Below are positions 1 through 11,813 of a DNA stretch of 64,000 nt, piece by piece. The DNA is taken from positions 9,530,761-9,594,760 of the forward strand of contig SMSO01000031.1 of the NCBI GenBank assembly GCA_004764695.1. The letters are read 5' to 3'. The notes under the pieces are model-generated. The model had not been told where the DNA came from. It made no database searches and saw only the letters and a program-made list of their open reading frames with translations. The DNA comes from Schizochytrium sp. TIO01 (Eukaryota > Protista > Bigyra: Labyrinthulomycetes). Each line of letters opens with the position of its first letter. Position 1 is the first letter of the stretch. A program made the translations under genes and the position numbers.

Positions 1-2
1 AT

Positions 3-512
3 CCATTCTTGGTACCTGGTGACCCGATCAAATGCCGCTTTGATCCATACTCTCGCGATCGACACTTCTACTTCTCCTTTAAAGGGGATCCATTGCTGGC
101 AGTCAATGAGGTTGTACTCTTTGTGCCCAAGTATCACTATCCCCGCGGTGTCGATGTGTATGTCAGTGATGGAACTTATGGAATTGATTGGGAGAAGCAA
201 ACTCTGTACTGGCGTTACAATCAGGATTCGTCTCAAAAACACTGGATCACCCTTCGCAAGGTGCTTCCACCTCAACCCAAGTCTCAGGATAGCGCTACTT
301 CATTTGATCTTGAGCAAGCCGCAATGCAGGAGGAGTGTGGAGACTCATCTGAAGACGACAAGAAAAAGGAGATCGAAATGAAGGAGCAAAACGCCAGTGG
401 CAATCGGTCCACCCGGGTGCGATCTTCTTCCTCAGAATCTCAAGATGCCGACTCGGCACTCAAAGTTGTGCAGAGCTTCGATCTTGAGTCACAAACTTCC
501 CTGCGGAAGTGA
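3..512 (+). CDS. 3' end of a glycoside hydrolase family 5 protein (endoglycoceramidase/EGCrP-like C-terminal beta-sandwich), 5'-truncated by the window edge
   Basis: The frame is open from nt 3 (PFLVPGDP...). The sequence PGDPIKCRFD...FYFSF...VVLFVPKYHYPRGVDVYVSDG...QTLYW matches the Glyco_hydro_5_C pattern (FVPxxHYP, VxVSDG). It is followed by a low-complexity S/D/E/K tail and TGA at 510-512. Confidence 0.75.
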   Translation, partial: PFLVPGDPIKCRFDPYSRDRHFYFSFKGDPLLAVNEVVLFVPKYHYPRGVDVYVSDGTYGIDWEKQTLYWRYNQDSSQKHWITLRKVLPPQPKSQDSATSFDLEQAAMQEECGDSSEDDKKKEIEMKEQNASGNRSTRVRSSSSESQDADSALKVVQSFDLESQTSLRK

Positions 513-1597
513 GTGCAGCTTTCCGTCACTGTTTATAGCGTTGGATTTGACCTCTTTACTGCTCCTGTATACTCAAGACGCAAAAGATACAAACCATGTG
601 TTTTCCCGTCTTTCAGTTTGTCTATTCCTCGGTACTACTGCTCCTTGTTTAACTAGTTGAACGCTCGCTGCTAATCCCTCGAGCATCTATTGCTTCAAAT
701 AAAACAATTCAAAGAACATTGTCAAACTATGCATTCTTACCTTTGGATCTACAAACTTGCTCGCTCATGACCTCCATCCAAGGACAAATTCTTTTATTGA
801 AGTGGCCATGCTACCGTTCCTTCATAGCAAAGCAGCTATAACAGCTGCGTCAGGTCTTCAAGTCTTTATATGCCAAGCCTTGGTAATTCCAGGTTTGCTG
901 CATCAAACTTTACGTCCATTCATGTACCCTGTAAGACACAAAGCCCTGCAGAGTCCTAGTAGCAAACTTTCATGTACCAGTATTTACAATTATATTGATC
1001 CCTTAGCGCCTATACAGGTACTTGGAATGAGCCCTAAAAGGCTTTCAGCGACTGTCGTTATCTGTGTCTGGGTTGGGAGAACTGCAGGTTTTTCCGTGAT
1101 CTTTCGTTATTCGCACCCAGCGTGCATATTCATGAACAGCGTCCAGGCCATCGATGGTGTGCGCGGAAAAAGGGTTGTGCAAAATGTTTTGTGTTGTGGG
1201 TGGGAGAACAACTCCCACCGCAAGTTCACACGTGCTATGCGAATCGCCGAAACCATACGCTCTGACGGGAAGAATACCTATGTGGTGTCTGTGATCGGTG
1301 GAGCTAGTTTCTCAGCACACCCGGAGATAAATGCCAATAGCACTCTGCGATATTTAGAATAACCCCTGCGGAAAAAGACGAGATACTTGCTTGCAGTTTG
1401 GCACGTGCCTGCTGGTTCAATATTACTAGGAGGAATAACCAAAGTAGTCTCCAAGAGGAAGTAAAAAGTCTTCAGGTTGTGGTGCGTCAAGCAAACCTGT
1501 ACACAAAGACGTACCAGAGACATTTCAGTCCTGACAGCGGGCGCGTCGAGGTGCCTGTGTGAAGTGCGCTGCGGTACTGAAGAAGTTGCAAAAGGTA

Positions 1598-4099
1598 ATG
1601 CGGCGGTCGAGACGAACTCAAAGCGCTGGCAATGGAGGTCATGCTGACGACAACGATGACGACAGGGATATCGCTGGGAGAGTAACTCCGTATGTGGACT
1701 TTGATCTTGAAGAGCCAACATATGAGGATGACGGAGATATTGAACAAGGGAATGCAAGACGGAGGTCAGGTTCTAGGTCAGATGGAGATACCTACGACGA
1801 TTCATCATATGTACCGGAGTATTCCCAAAAAAACTTATTTGCGGCGTCAGACGATTTAGGCCTCACGAAACACCCGGCATCAGCACCTGGTGACACTGGT
1901 CGAGGACGCAGCCGAAGTGCAGACTTTGTGATGGGACATACTGAAAAGGGATCGGGTGATGACAGTGCGGATTCTAAAAAGGCAAATCCCCAAAAGAGAC
2001 GTTCGTGGAGGTCATCTCTGCTTCGAAAAAAACACTCGAGTAGCTCTGTTGGGGGCAACGGCGGCGGACTAGACCCTGATTTTGTGGAGGAGATTCGCCG
2101 CTCCATTCTTGAATATTCAAGAATCATTAATAAACGCCAGGGGGTAGGCACGGGAATATATGCTACACCGGAAACTACGCACGAGTGGGGCCAAGAACAA
2201 AAGGAACATCATGTAAACTGGGCCGACCTATTTATGGACCTTGTCTTTGTTGCCACTGCATTCTTAGAGGGTAAACTTATTGCAGATACCTTATCAACGA
2301 GGCAGTGGATTGGCTTCTTCTATTTCTATGTCACGTTTGCTCTCTTGCATGAGTGCTGGTCTTTAAAGCTACACTATTCTTCACGGTTCAACAGCGCAGA
2401 TATTTCCCACAAGCTATTTGATATTGTTGAGGTGCTTATTGTGGCTTTGATCGCTGCACATTTAAGCACAAAAGTAGCTTACGTTGAAGACATGGATAGT
2501 GGTCAGTTACTAGGTTTTGTTAGCTGCAAGCTCGCCCATCACTTAATGCATATGCTACGATGGGCCGAGTTGTACTGGTTCTCCAAAAAGCGCATCGTGC
2601 GACGACAAACCATGGCATTTGCTAAAGAACTCATCATTGGCGCCATCCCATTAAGTGCTGCAGTTGCACTGGCAGCGTTCAAGTTTCGTGCAGAGTATGT
2701 CATGCTGTGCCTTTTCGTTGCCACTTTTATTGAGCTAGGTCTAGAAATTTTCCGTGTATGTTTCCTTGCTGCTGGTGACAACGTGAAAGAACATGCTGTA
2801 CCTATGCATATCGAATACTGCACACATCGGTACGGCGAATGGACAATGCTTATGCTTGGTGAAGGTGTCATGCAAATTATCCTTGTAGGTTTCGATAAAG
2901 AGTTAAGTCGGTACGTGACCTTTGTTCCGGCGTACTTGCTTCTTGCAGCTATTCGAATTCTTTTCTACTCAAGTCAACCTTTCAAGGCGCATGGCCACGC
3001 ACTATATCAATCTGTACGTCGCGGTTTTATATGGCTCCAACTGCAGCCTATCGAGTCAAGCTTGATTGTTTGTGTTGGTATTGGCCTTAGAGAACTCATG
3101 GAACTAAGCGATACTATCGGTGATCCTTCAGAAGATCGCTACTCGTGGTTCTTTTGTATCTCAACGTGCGCGCTCCTGACTTCCGTATGGTGTAGCACTC
3201 TACTTCATAGCGGTCTGAGACGGGAGTTCCTCGAGCTTCCTCCGCGTCTTCGAAGTCTGAAGGTTTTCACCTATACGTGGAAGTTTTTTCTTTCCTTTTC
3301 GTTGCTTATCATGCCTCTTTTGCATCTTAAAGCCTATGTTTTAGTGAGTATTGCACTTGCGGTTTGTGTCTTACAGGTCATCTCACACGATTTATGGTAC
3401 CGTATATCCAAAGAGAATACTGTTGACCCTGCTTATGCTCAGTCATTGCATCTAATTGAGTTGGACAAACGCCCAGATGCTGAATCACGCATTCGAAGTA
3501 AGTCGGAGGACTTTGATGGAGAGAGAGAGAAGTTCTCATCCCCAGCTGTGCACCATACCAGCAGTCTTCCAGACACGATCGACCACAAGAAATCGCCATC
3601 TTCAGACACAGGCTCTGGTTCTTCAACTTCGACTGGATCAGCTCAAGCGAGTTCTGCACGAAAATACGACGGTGGTGCTCTGTCTGTCCTGGCTCGGCAA
3701 CAGGAGCGCATTGAAGACTCGTTCAAGAACACATTTCGGTTCGGGAGGTTTGAAACAAGTGATGATGCTGTTCCACGTAGGATCCGGCTTCCCTCAATCC
3801 ACAGAAACAGGAACAGACACAGGCGTGATGTGGGGCTAGACGGGCAATCGGTGGACGGGCTGGAGAGTCCAGATGCTCAAGGTACGGATGTTGTTGCTAC
3901 AGATGCCGACTTGGATCTTCAACTTCAATCTAATCCTGAATTGCAGATGGAGCTACTACACTTGATGCAGCGTTATCCAATGCACGAGCTTCAAGACGGT
4001 ATTAACGCCTTAGTACGAGGAAACTCCGCAGCTAAACGCCAGAAAAGGCTGCGATTGCGACAAAGGAAGATCAAAGAGAAATTGAAGCACTCTAAATGA
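1598..4099 (+). CDS. LtrA (low temperature requirement A) family multi-pass membrane protein with long disordered N- and C-terminal tails
   Basis: Motifs HHVNWADLFMDLVFV and HIEYCTHRYGEWTMLMLGE match the LtrA W-x-[ED]-LFxDLVFV and H...RYG...LGE patterns. There are about 10-12 hydrophobic segments. The first in-frame ATG is at 1598; the ORF track starts at a GTG at 1559. Confidence 0.8.
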   Translation: MRRSRRTQSAGNGGHADDNDDDRDIAGRVTPYVDFDLEEPTYEDDGDIEQGNARRRSGSRSDGDTYDDSSYVPEYSQKNLFAASDDLGLTKHPASAPGDTGRGRSRSADFVMGHTEKGSGDDSADSKKANPQKRRSWRSSLLRKKHSSSSVGGNGGGLDPDFVEEIRRSILEYSRIINKRQGVGTGIYATPETTHEWGQEQKEHHVNWADLFMDLVFVATAFLEGKLIADTLSTRQWIGFFYFYVTFALLHECWSLKLHYSSRFNSADISHKLFDIVEVLIVALIAAHLSTKVAYVEDMDSGQLLGFVSCKLAHHLMHMLRWAELYWFSKKRIVRRQTMAFAKELIIGAIPLSAAVALAAFKFRAEYVMLCLFVATFIELGLEIFRVCFLAAGDNVKEHAVPMHIEYCTHRYGEWTMLMLGEGVMQIILVGFDKELSRYVTFVPAYLLLAAIRILFYSSQPFKAHGHALYQSVRRGFIWLQLQPIESSLIVCVGIGLRELMELSDTIGDPSEDRYSWFFCISTCALLTSVWCSTLLHSGLRREFLELPPRLRSLKVFTYTWKFFLSFSLLIMPLLHLKAYVLVSIALAVCVLQVISHDLWYRISKENTVDPAYAQSLHLIELDKRPDAESRIRSKSEDFDGEREKFSSPAVHHTSSLPDTIDHKKSPSSDTGSGSSTSTGSAQASSARKYDGGALSVLARQQERIEDSFKNTFRFGRFETSDDAVPRRIRLPSIHRNRNRHRRDVGLDGQSVDGLESPDAQGTDVVATDADLDLQLQSNPELQMELLHLMQRYPMHELQDGINALVRGNSAAKRQKRLRLRQRKIKEKLKHSK

Positions 4100-4277
4100 A
4101 GCGATCACACTAAAACGTCAAGGGTTTAGTGCCGTCTTCTACCGTTGATGCTAGGCAACGAAGGGTGTAATTGTATTCAACCATGTAGAAAATTCTAAAC
4201 AAGATGAAATATCTGTAAAAATGTGTTTTATTGTAAAGAGACAGTTCCACCTTCTTTCACTTTCCCTGCTTTATGCT

Positions 4278-5264
4278 TTAGATATTTGATGAGGATGACG
4301 TTTGCGGAGGAGCTGGTGCTGGCGGCGTGTCGTTCATGTGAAGGCGCCGCATGAATGTTGATGACAAGGTGTACACATTACTACGAGCGACAGCAATGAC
4401 CTTAAGTGGGTTCATGCCTCGCTTCACACGCTCCTCATTGATCAGACGGGCACCCTTGAGAGTCTCCGTAGAGACAACAATGGCCTCAATGTCTTTATCC
4501 ACTACTGTAGGGCCCCACACATCTTGGATGAGTACAATGTTTGCTTGCAGAGTCGCAGGTGCAAGAGTTCTGAAAAATGTATCCACGTGCTTTTTACGTT
4601 GTTCAACGTCTTCAATCAGGTCTCTCAGCTTCTTTTCGCCGAGCATGGAGTCATCTGTTACACCTACCGTAAGTTCTTCCGTAGCGACGGAAATGCAAAT
4701 GGCCAGGAGCTTTTTGTGGCCACCGTGGAAATGATCAAAGGTCCCACCGACGGCAACCTTGCGATATTCTCCAAGAGGCTGGTCTGGGTTATCGTATAGC
4801 ACAAAAGGCACGCCAAAGGCCTCTTCTTGAAGCTTGTCTTTGAGTGAATGTACAGAAACTGAAGACTCCGGGGCAGTTGTCGTGGCAGCCGAATCAATCT
4901 CGGCTCCAGCGTTGAAGATTTTGCCAACTGTCTTGCCCTGGTCAGACTTTAGGAATTCTTCAATGTGAATCGTGCCAAGCATAACTACAAAATCTACATC
5001 AGTCTGACCAGTCTCTAGAGCCGCGTCCCAGAGCTCGTTGTATAATTGTGGCATGTACTTTCTCGTGAGCATCGCATCCTCCTTACCCTGGCCCTGACCA
5101 GAGTACATTACGAAAAGCTTTTTTGAAGTCGCGCGAACTCCCTCTACAATAAGCTTCGCATTTATTACGGTTGCAACTGACTCTGCATGTCTCCCGTCGC
5201 ATAAGCAGGAGTTGCTGAGAGAAGAGGACCTCACGAGCTCCAGGATGGCAATATCTGTTGCCAT
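4278..5264 (-). CDS. Phosphopantetheine adenylyltransferase (eukaryotic/archaeal-type PPAT, Cab4/COASY-like cytidylyltransferase fold)
   Basis: Contains VAVGGTFDHFHGGHKKLL (HxGH motif), VGVTDD, IQDVWGPT, AIVVSTET..G...INEER..RG and LSSTFMR. There is an extra N-terminal domain and no dephospho-CoA kinase domain. Confidence 0.9.
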   Translation of the reverse strand: MATDIAILELVRSSSLSNSCLCDGRHAESVATVINAKLIVEGVRATSKKLFVMYSGQGQGKEDAMLTRKYMPQLYNELWDAALETGQTDVDFVVMLGTIHIEEFLKSDQGKTVGKIFNAGAEIDSAATTTAPESSVSVHSLKDKLQEEAFGVPFVLYDNPDQPLGEYRKVAVGGTFDHFHGGHKKLLAICISVATEELTVGVTDDSMLGEKKLRDLIEDVEQRKKHVDTFFRTLAPATLQANIVLIQDVWGPTVVDKDIEAIVVSTETLKGARLINEERVKRGMNPLKVIAVARSNVYTLSSTFMRRLHMNDTPPAPAPPQTSSSSNI

Positions 5265-5847
5265 GATGGATGTCTGTCTGTCTGTCTACTCACTTGAAGA
5301 GTAAAAGTTTCAAAAGGGAAAGAACAATAAACCAAGAGAAAAAGAAGAAACAGGGAAGGAAGCCTTAACTAGGTTTCCTGAGGCGCAAGCCGTAGCGTTC
5401 GAGCGCTCGAAAACCTTGCTTCGTCTATTTGGGTCTGGGCCGAGTCCGACCAGTTTCTTTTTTTCTTTTTCTTTTCTTTTTTCTTTCTATCTTCTTTCAA
5501 TTCTTCCTGTAACAATGTATTCCGCCAACAACATCTTGCACTTTGTGCGCCAACATCACAGTGATGCTGCATACTTTGAGCGTGAGTCTTGGAACCTTGG
5601 TTTACCTCTCAAGTTTATTTGAAGGAGGTTACACCGGTCGTGTTTCAAAGCCAAGAATTAACTGGTGTTTGAGATAAAAAGGAAAGAGTATATATTGAGA
5701 TATTTATAGTACGCAACACCAGATGTCGAAGATCACCCTGACTTGGTGAGTTGTCAAAAGCAATTACATGTTCAATGAGAATACAGTAACTACATCTGAT
5801 GAGAATAGTGTCGGGGTAGGTCAAGGTACAGGGAGCCACTCTCAGAT

Positions 5848-6947
5848 TCATTTGCGAGGGGGTAAGGGAGGAGGATGCTGTGCGTGCCGACCATGCTGTG
5901 CATTGGACGTTTCAGCTACATAGCCGCTATCATTTTCAAGCAAAGGCTCCGCGATAGCATGGGAGCTATATGCTCCAACACCATAGGCATCTTCATCTTC
6001 GTCACCACCTCCATTGGTGTAATCAGGCACCGGGATGGCATCATAGACCGGTTCATCTCTAATGCTCTGCACAACGGTTTGCACTGCTTGGAGGCCATTA
6101 TCGTCAAGTTTTCCAAATGGGCATAGCGCAAGTCTCGCGAGCTTAAAGTGTTGCAGGCCAAAGGGAATTCCAATCACTGTACAGCATAAAGAAAGGCCCA
6201 TAAAAAGGTGGAGTACAGCTAGCACGAGACCGATCGGGAGCCACGCAATTGAGGCGCACAAGAGAAGACCTCGCCCGCAGCACGAACATCCACCACCGCA
6301 GCAGCAACAACAAGGGCAACAGCGACGAGGTTCGTCATGACCATGTCCAGGACCATGAGAATGCCCACGATGGTTATGATGATCCCAGCGCCATGATGAG
6401 CTGCCTCAACATCCCGGGGACCAGCGCAGCAGCAGCACATTTCAAAGCACCCAGCATCCGACGCGAGGATCATTCCTGAACGTTCATCAGCAACAACGTT
6501 GACGACCTTACGGCCGAAGGGAAACAACGCAAGCGAACCGAGCTTGAGAAGTTGGGTTCCGAATGGAGACAAGACTATTGTGCACACAAAGAGGAGTCCA
6601 ATCACATAATACACAAGTGCTACGGCAAGCCCTCCGCAAAAGACGAGCCAGAAAAGATTTCCGAGCCAGCTCACGCTGCCGCGTCGGTCATGGTACCTCC
6701 ACTCGCGAGAATTTTCAACCACACGAACGGTTTCCCGTGGGCCGCTCCTACTCGGGTGCTCATCGAAGCGGTTTCCACGAGGTCCATCGTGATGCCCATG
6801 ATCGCCTCCGTGAGGCCCACGACCACCTCCATGCGGCCCTCCATGAGGCCCTCCGTGAGGCCCTCCAGGTGGTCCGCGCGGAGGAGGAGGGCCGTGGGGA
6901 GGAGGAGGGGGGCCTCGGGGGTGCTGGTCTGGACCGACGTAGGTCAT
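5848..6947 (-). CDS. Membrane protein with two YccF (DUF307) domains, a Pro/Gly/His-rich N-terminus and a His/Cys-rich linker; split by one frameshift near 6375-6405
   Basis: Domain 1 (WLGNLFWLVFCGG...CTIVLSPFGTQLLKLGSLALFPFG) is in ORF 6219-6947. Domain 2 (IAWLPIGLVLAVLH...CCTVIGIPFGLQHFKLARLALCPFG) is in ORF 5848-6261, whose frame is open up to 6405 and reads WDHHNHRGHSHGPGHGHDEPRRCCPCCCCCGGGCSCCG. Adding one base joins the two. Confidence 0.85.
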
Positions 6948-6963
6948 GACAGCAGTGCTGGCG

Positions 6964-7006
6964 ATCGAAGAATGGCAGAATCGAAGAATGGCAGAATCGA
7001 AGAATG
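6964..7006. repeat. 16-bp tandem repeat (ATCGAAGAATGGCAGA) x~2.6 just upstream of the YccF start codon
   Basis: Read directly: atcgaagaatggcaga atcgaagaatggcaga atcgaagaatg. Confidence 0.85.
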
Positions 7007-10000
7007 AGAAAGAATACAGCCTGCTTGACGTTCTGCGGATTGTTCCGCAGCGGTTCTGCGTTGCGCAGGGTTGAGCGTTTCGTCGGTTTGGTTACATATT
7101 GAAACGGCGGGTGTAAAGCTGTGAATAAAGTTGAAGGGAAGGAAGTGCGTTTTTCTACTTTCACTATGAGGCTGGAGTATGCGAGGGGTTGGTTTTCTTT
7201 TGCATGATGAGAAATAGAGTTGAGCTGGCGAAGAATCTGAGATTCGTGTAGCATGTGCAAATACTAACTTGTGAGTCCTAGTGCCGTGAAGAATGGTAAA
7301 AAGTGGTGGTGAATTCCATGATGATGCCTTTTCGGCAGAGCTCTGTTGGAGTGAGTTAGCTTCAATGTGAGCATGGGGTCGAGAAAATGGAAGAAAGAGT
7401 CAAACCTGGCTCCAGTTAAAGTCAGATTTAGGGAGAAAAGTAATTTGTGAAACTGATTGAAGACATGTGCTTACCGCTTCTATTAGCTTAAGGGAAAATG
7501 CTACGAAGGAGTTATCTTCAAAGTGTTTTCGTTCACGTTAACGGGTTTACGCACATGCCTGGTCAGCTTGCTGGTGCTACACTTTGATCTTAGACTGATA
7601 AAAAAGTAAATCTAAAAGGGAAAATGACACCTTGGTGTCACTGCTCGCAGGACAAGATCAACACCAAAGTTTTTCATCTTTGCTATTATTTTGTAAACGC
7701 GTTTGGGGATTTCGATTAGTCCAGCGCAGTAACATTAGAAATATGACAACCTGCCATGCGCTTTAAAGGGAAGATAGAACAAGGTATTTGGCGCATTTGC
7801 ACAAGATTTAGAAATCCAAAAAAAATAAAATGGGATACCATAATGATTTCGGTTTCTCTAGTTTCATAATCTTATTCTGTTTTATTTGTTTAATAATACA
7901 CGGTTTATTTTTTTCATCTCAGCTTGCCCCGAACCGAAGACAACTCCTAGATCTATCTTCTTCCTTGATTTCTTCATCCTTTGAAGGGGGCACACATACA
8001 ATATGTGCAGTATTTGCATAGGCAAATCATGCCTTGTAAACAATTTCAAAATGTTGATAGTTCAGTTGGAGAAACGAAGACTTGCAAATACTATTTTTGC
8101 TTCCTTGCAATGTCCTGCTTCACTGTGAATTTGCCAGAACTATACTGTGCTCGTGTTATGTGTTTAAAACAACAAATGGTATTTGAGCACACAATGTGAA
8201 TTCTGGTAGGAGTAAAAAGGAGGCGGGGCGAGTATCCATGCGATTTCTTTGGACACAGTCTGGTTAGCTTTTGAGGAAATCAGAAGCTCTCAAGATGTGT
8301 ATTTAGCTCCGATACTTTCCCTCCTAGGCTTGGCAACCATGACTGAATTCTTAGCATCAAAGCTAAAAGGTCACGTAGCGCATTTTAGCTGTATAGTTGT
8401 AAGAGAGGCTGCGAGTGGTTTAGCGTAAGAGGGAATGCTAAGTTGCACGGGTAGGATTTGCTTAGTGAAGCCAGTTGTCTTATCGTTTTCTCAACACGTA
8501 TGAAGGAGGTCAACCATAGATTCCAGTAGCACTCTAAATGTCCAGCTTCATTTACACTTGTGGTGATGTAGCGTATATCTTCTCGAACCACCCGCATCTT
8601 GGTTGGATTTATCCTCATATCTTACATTAGGAAAATTCTTGCGCATGACATTCTCTCTCTCTCCCCCCCCACATTGGTTTCGTGTCTGGTGTTTTGTCAG
8701 CCAATAGCACCATGTTCATCACCTTCTGCATAAGTTAGCTCAACGAATTTGTATAACCCGCTTATCACAGGAAACTAAGGCGCAGCGGGACCCGAAGTGG
8801 TCTCTTTGCGATCATTTGACCTACACTGCACTCATCAGTCCACGAAGAAAAAATAGTTAGTCATAGTCACATGAACCATACATTCTTCTTTATATGCTTT
8901 CTAACTTATTGTCCATCGTCCAATCACTTCTGATCTACGAGTCTGTTGATCTATCCATCTTTTCTATTCGGCCATCCTTCCTCGGACCGGAATGTATTCA
9001 TCGAATCTACACTTTTGATTAACTTGCACTCTTATTTACACAGTACCAAGCCCTCGTGAGGTCAATCATACAATCTCGTTGGCTAGTACGCACCGCAATG
9101 CATTACCTGAATGTTCATTGGCTTCATTATTTTAACCTACTCCAATCAATCTTCAAGCGACATGCAAGAGTTCCGTTACACCCATCAACCTTTTAAGCGG
9201 AGCCTGTGGAACGCCATATTAGAAAACGGATACATCACTGTGGGTACACTAAAGGAATAGCTGTAGCCATAGTAGAGTTAAGTTCTCCTTTTATGCCCCC
9301 AGGGCTTTCGAGCTATTCTATATTAGAGATAGTAGCCTGTTTGTCGCTGGGGTGCATGTTCTGAAGGGATTTATAGTGGATCGAGGCCTGGGAGACCTTG
9401 GCAGCTAGTTGGGTGGTTTTTGGCTGACTAGTTTGGAGAAGCTTTTGTAGTTTTCTTCTCGCTTGGAGGCCGTGTAATTCAATGCCGTGAACAATGGAGT
9501 CCAAACTACACTCTACAGCTCCCAAACAACTGCGCCAGGTGTTCAATTGTTTATTTATTTATTTATTTATTCATCCATTCATTATCATATTATTTGCAAC
9601 CCTTTCATGACCTTTTTAAAAGGGCAATTTATGAAAGACAAAAGAGAAAAGGAAAAAGAAATGAAAAACGAAAACGAAAACATTGAAAAAAACAGGAGAA
9701 AATGAACGAACTTGAGTTGAAAACAGTTGAACTGGTCCTTAGTAAAAGGATTCCAAAGGTATATCGATGGAGTTGACTCTTTGGTTAGACGCTATTATTT
9801 ATCCTTCTACTAATGGCCTTAAAAAGGCGTTCTAACTCACCCGCTTTGCTGTCTACGGGTGAAGAAGTATGTTTTCGTTCGCAGTTTTGAGCTTTTAAAC
9901 AACACATGCACAAACTGCGATGAGGAGGACCTTTACTTTGGACGTAGAAATCCGATGGCCTGCCAGCTGCAAATATGAATGGAGTGCAATGGCATTTCCA

Positions 10001-11780
10001 AAGTTGCCGAGGCGAGCGAGAGAAGAGCAGGTCAATCTTACTCACCCCTGCAGAAGAGTATTCAATGGATTGATGGATGAAATAGTGGATTCCTGCTGCG
10101 TTAGAAACAATGACCATTTATCGTTTTATTCATCTTTATTTGTTACTTGTCAGGTAAATGAGAGTTCGAAAGAAAGCAAAAATCCAGTCCTTGCGTGGTT
10201 GGCGGATCACTTGTCTTCCAAGGGCATAATGTTTGAGCCGAAAGCGAGAAACTCTTGTGAAGGAAGAGTTAGTCGTGAGCTTTCCCGGTCCTCTGCTGAG
10301 GTTATGCTGCCTGAATGAGGCCTTTGCACTGTCCATCTCGCTTGATTTCTCTTTTTTCTGCTTTCTTTTCCTGCTTTTTATTTTATTTTATTTTTAAATA
10401 TAATTATAATTAAATTAAATATTTATAAGAAGTAAAGCAACACTTATAAAAAGGTGTTGTTATTCTTATCGCTATTTTTTTTACCTGAAACACTTCAAAA
10501 TCGCGAATTATTCTATTAATAGTGTGACTGTTACTGTCTACAGCAACTAAGGATTAGCTCCTTTAAAAAAAATAAAAATCAATTATTCAGAAAAAGGATA
10601 CATATATTTTTTAAAATAAAAGAATTCTATTAAATTCGTTTCTCCATACTTGTGCATGTGCACATGTTCTTTCACTAGTATGCAGTTACCCTTTTTGATA
10701 GCACTACACTACACAGTATTGTATTTTATATTTTAAAATATGATTAAAAATAGGATTTTAAAGCTTTCAAAAAGAAAGCGTTCTTGGTACCTTTCTATTT
10801 TAAAATACTGTTTTAAAATAAACATATAGAAACAGATGGAAATAAAATGCAAGAGCTGAAAAACATGGATAGGATCGGAGAAAGGTGATGAATATTTGTT
10901 GACTATTTGTTCACTTTAAAGTCCCGCTGAGACCTCCTTCTGGAAAGCAAGTACAATATAGTACTAATGCCGCCACTGCGACATGTTATATCGACAATGG
11001 CTCAATCCAGCTGATACTGGGTTTTTCCAAAGTCTTCATCGATCGATCGATGATTCATTGTCAAATGATGAATTTCAGAAGACGTATTTCCTCCCTAGCA
11101 CCTCCCTACTGCTATCTACGCATTTTCCCTCTGCTTAATTGCACAGGGACGCTTCCCCGCGCGTACTATTGGCCTTTTTCCCCTGCGATTAAAAAAGGGA
11201 TCCTTCCACCTGCAACCACTGAAGCAATTAGGTCGCTCTATGCTGTGAGGAGCATTCTTATTATAATGTACAAATTCTTCCACAGTTCCCTCTGGAGTAC
11301 ACTGGAGGTTTGTACGACCACACCGCCTCGAGGGGACCAAACAGATGTGGGAGACGACACCAAGCAGAGCTGCAGAATGAAAGACCCGCTCCTTTACAGG
11401 TACGTATTACTTACTACCTACTAGGCACTAGCTACTGTGAACAGAGGGGGACAGTGACAAGAAGTACTTGGTAGCTGGCTAGCTATTAGTAGGTAGGTAG
11501 GTAGGTAGGTAAGTAGTACTAGCTGCAATGAGGGTTGGGAAGTAAAATTCGGAATGAGACAGACAACTTTCCTTCTTCGCAGACAGATGTGGTCCAAGGT
11601 CATCGCCCAAGACGTCGAAAGGGGGGTATTCGTGCTGCGCCCGTCGTTTCCCGTTCCGGTGAGCTCCTTATTTGACGATTTTGATCAGTATTTAGTCAAA
11701 CTCTGCGAGGGCTCTTGTTTTCAAGATCCTCAAAGTTGCCAATGTAGATTGCAAAATACTAATTATTGATTATTAACTCC

Positions 11781-11813
<33 letters not shown>
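11781..11813. repeat. (AAT)11 microsatellite
   Basis: Read directly from the sequence. Confidence 0.95.

Noticed and set aside
757-1362. 201-aa ORF between the GH5 and LtrA genes
   Set aside because: It has a non-ATG start and no recognisable motif or coding-like composition. It is probably UTR or promoter sequence, though I cannot fully exclude a gene without RNA data.
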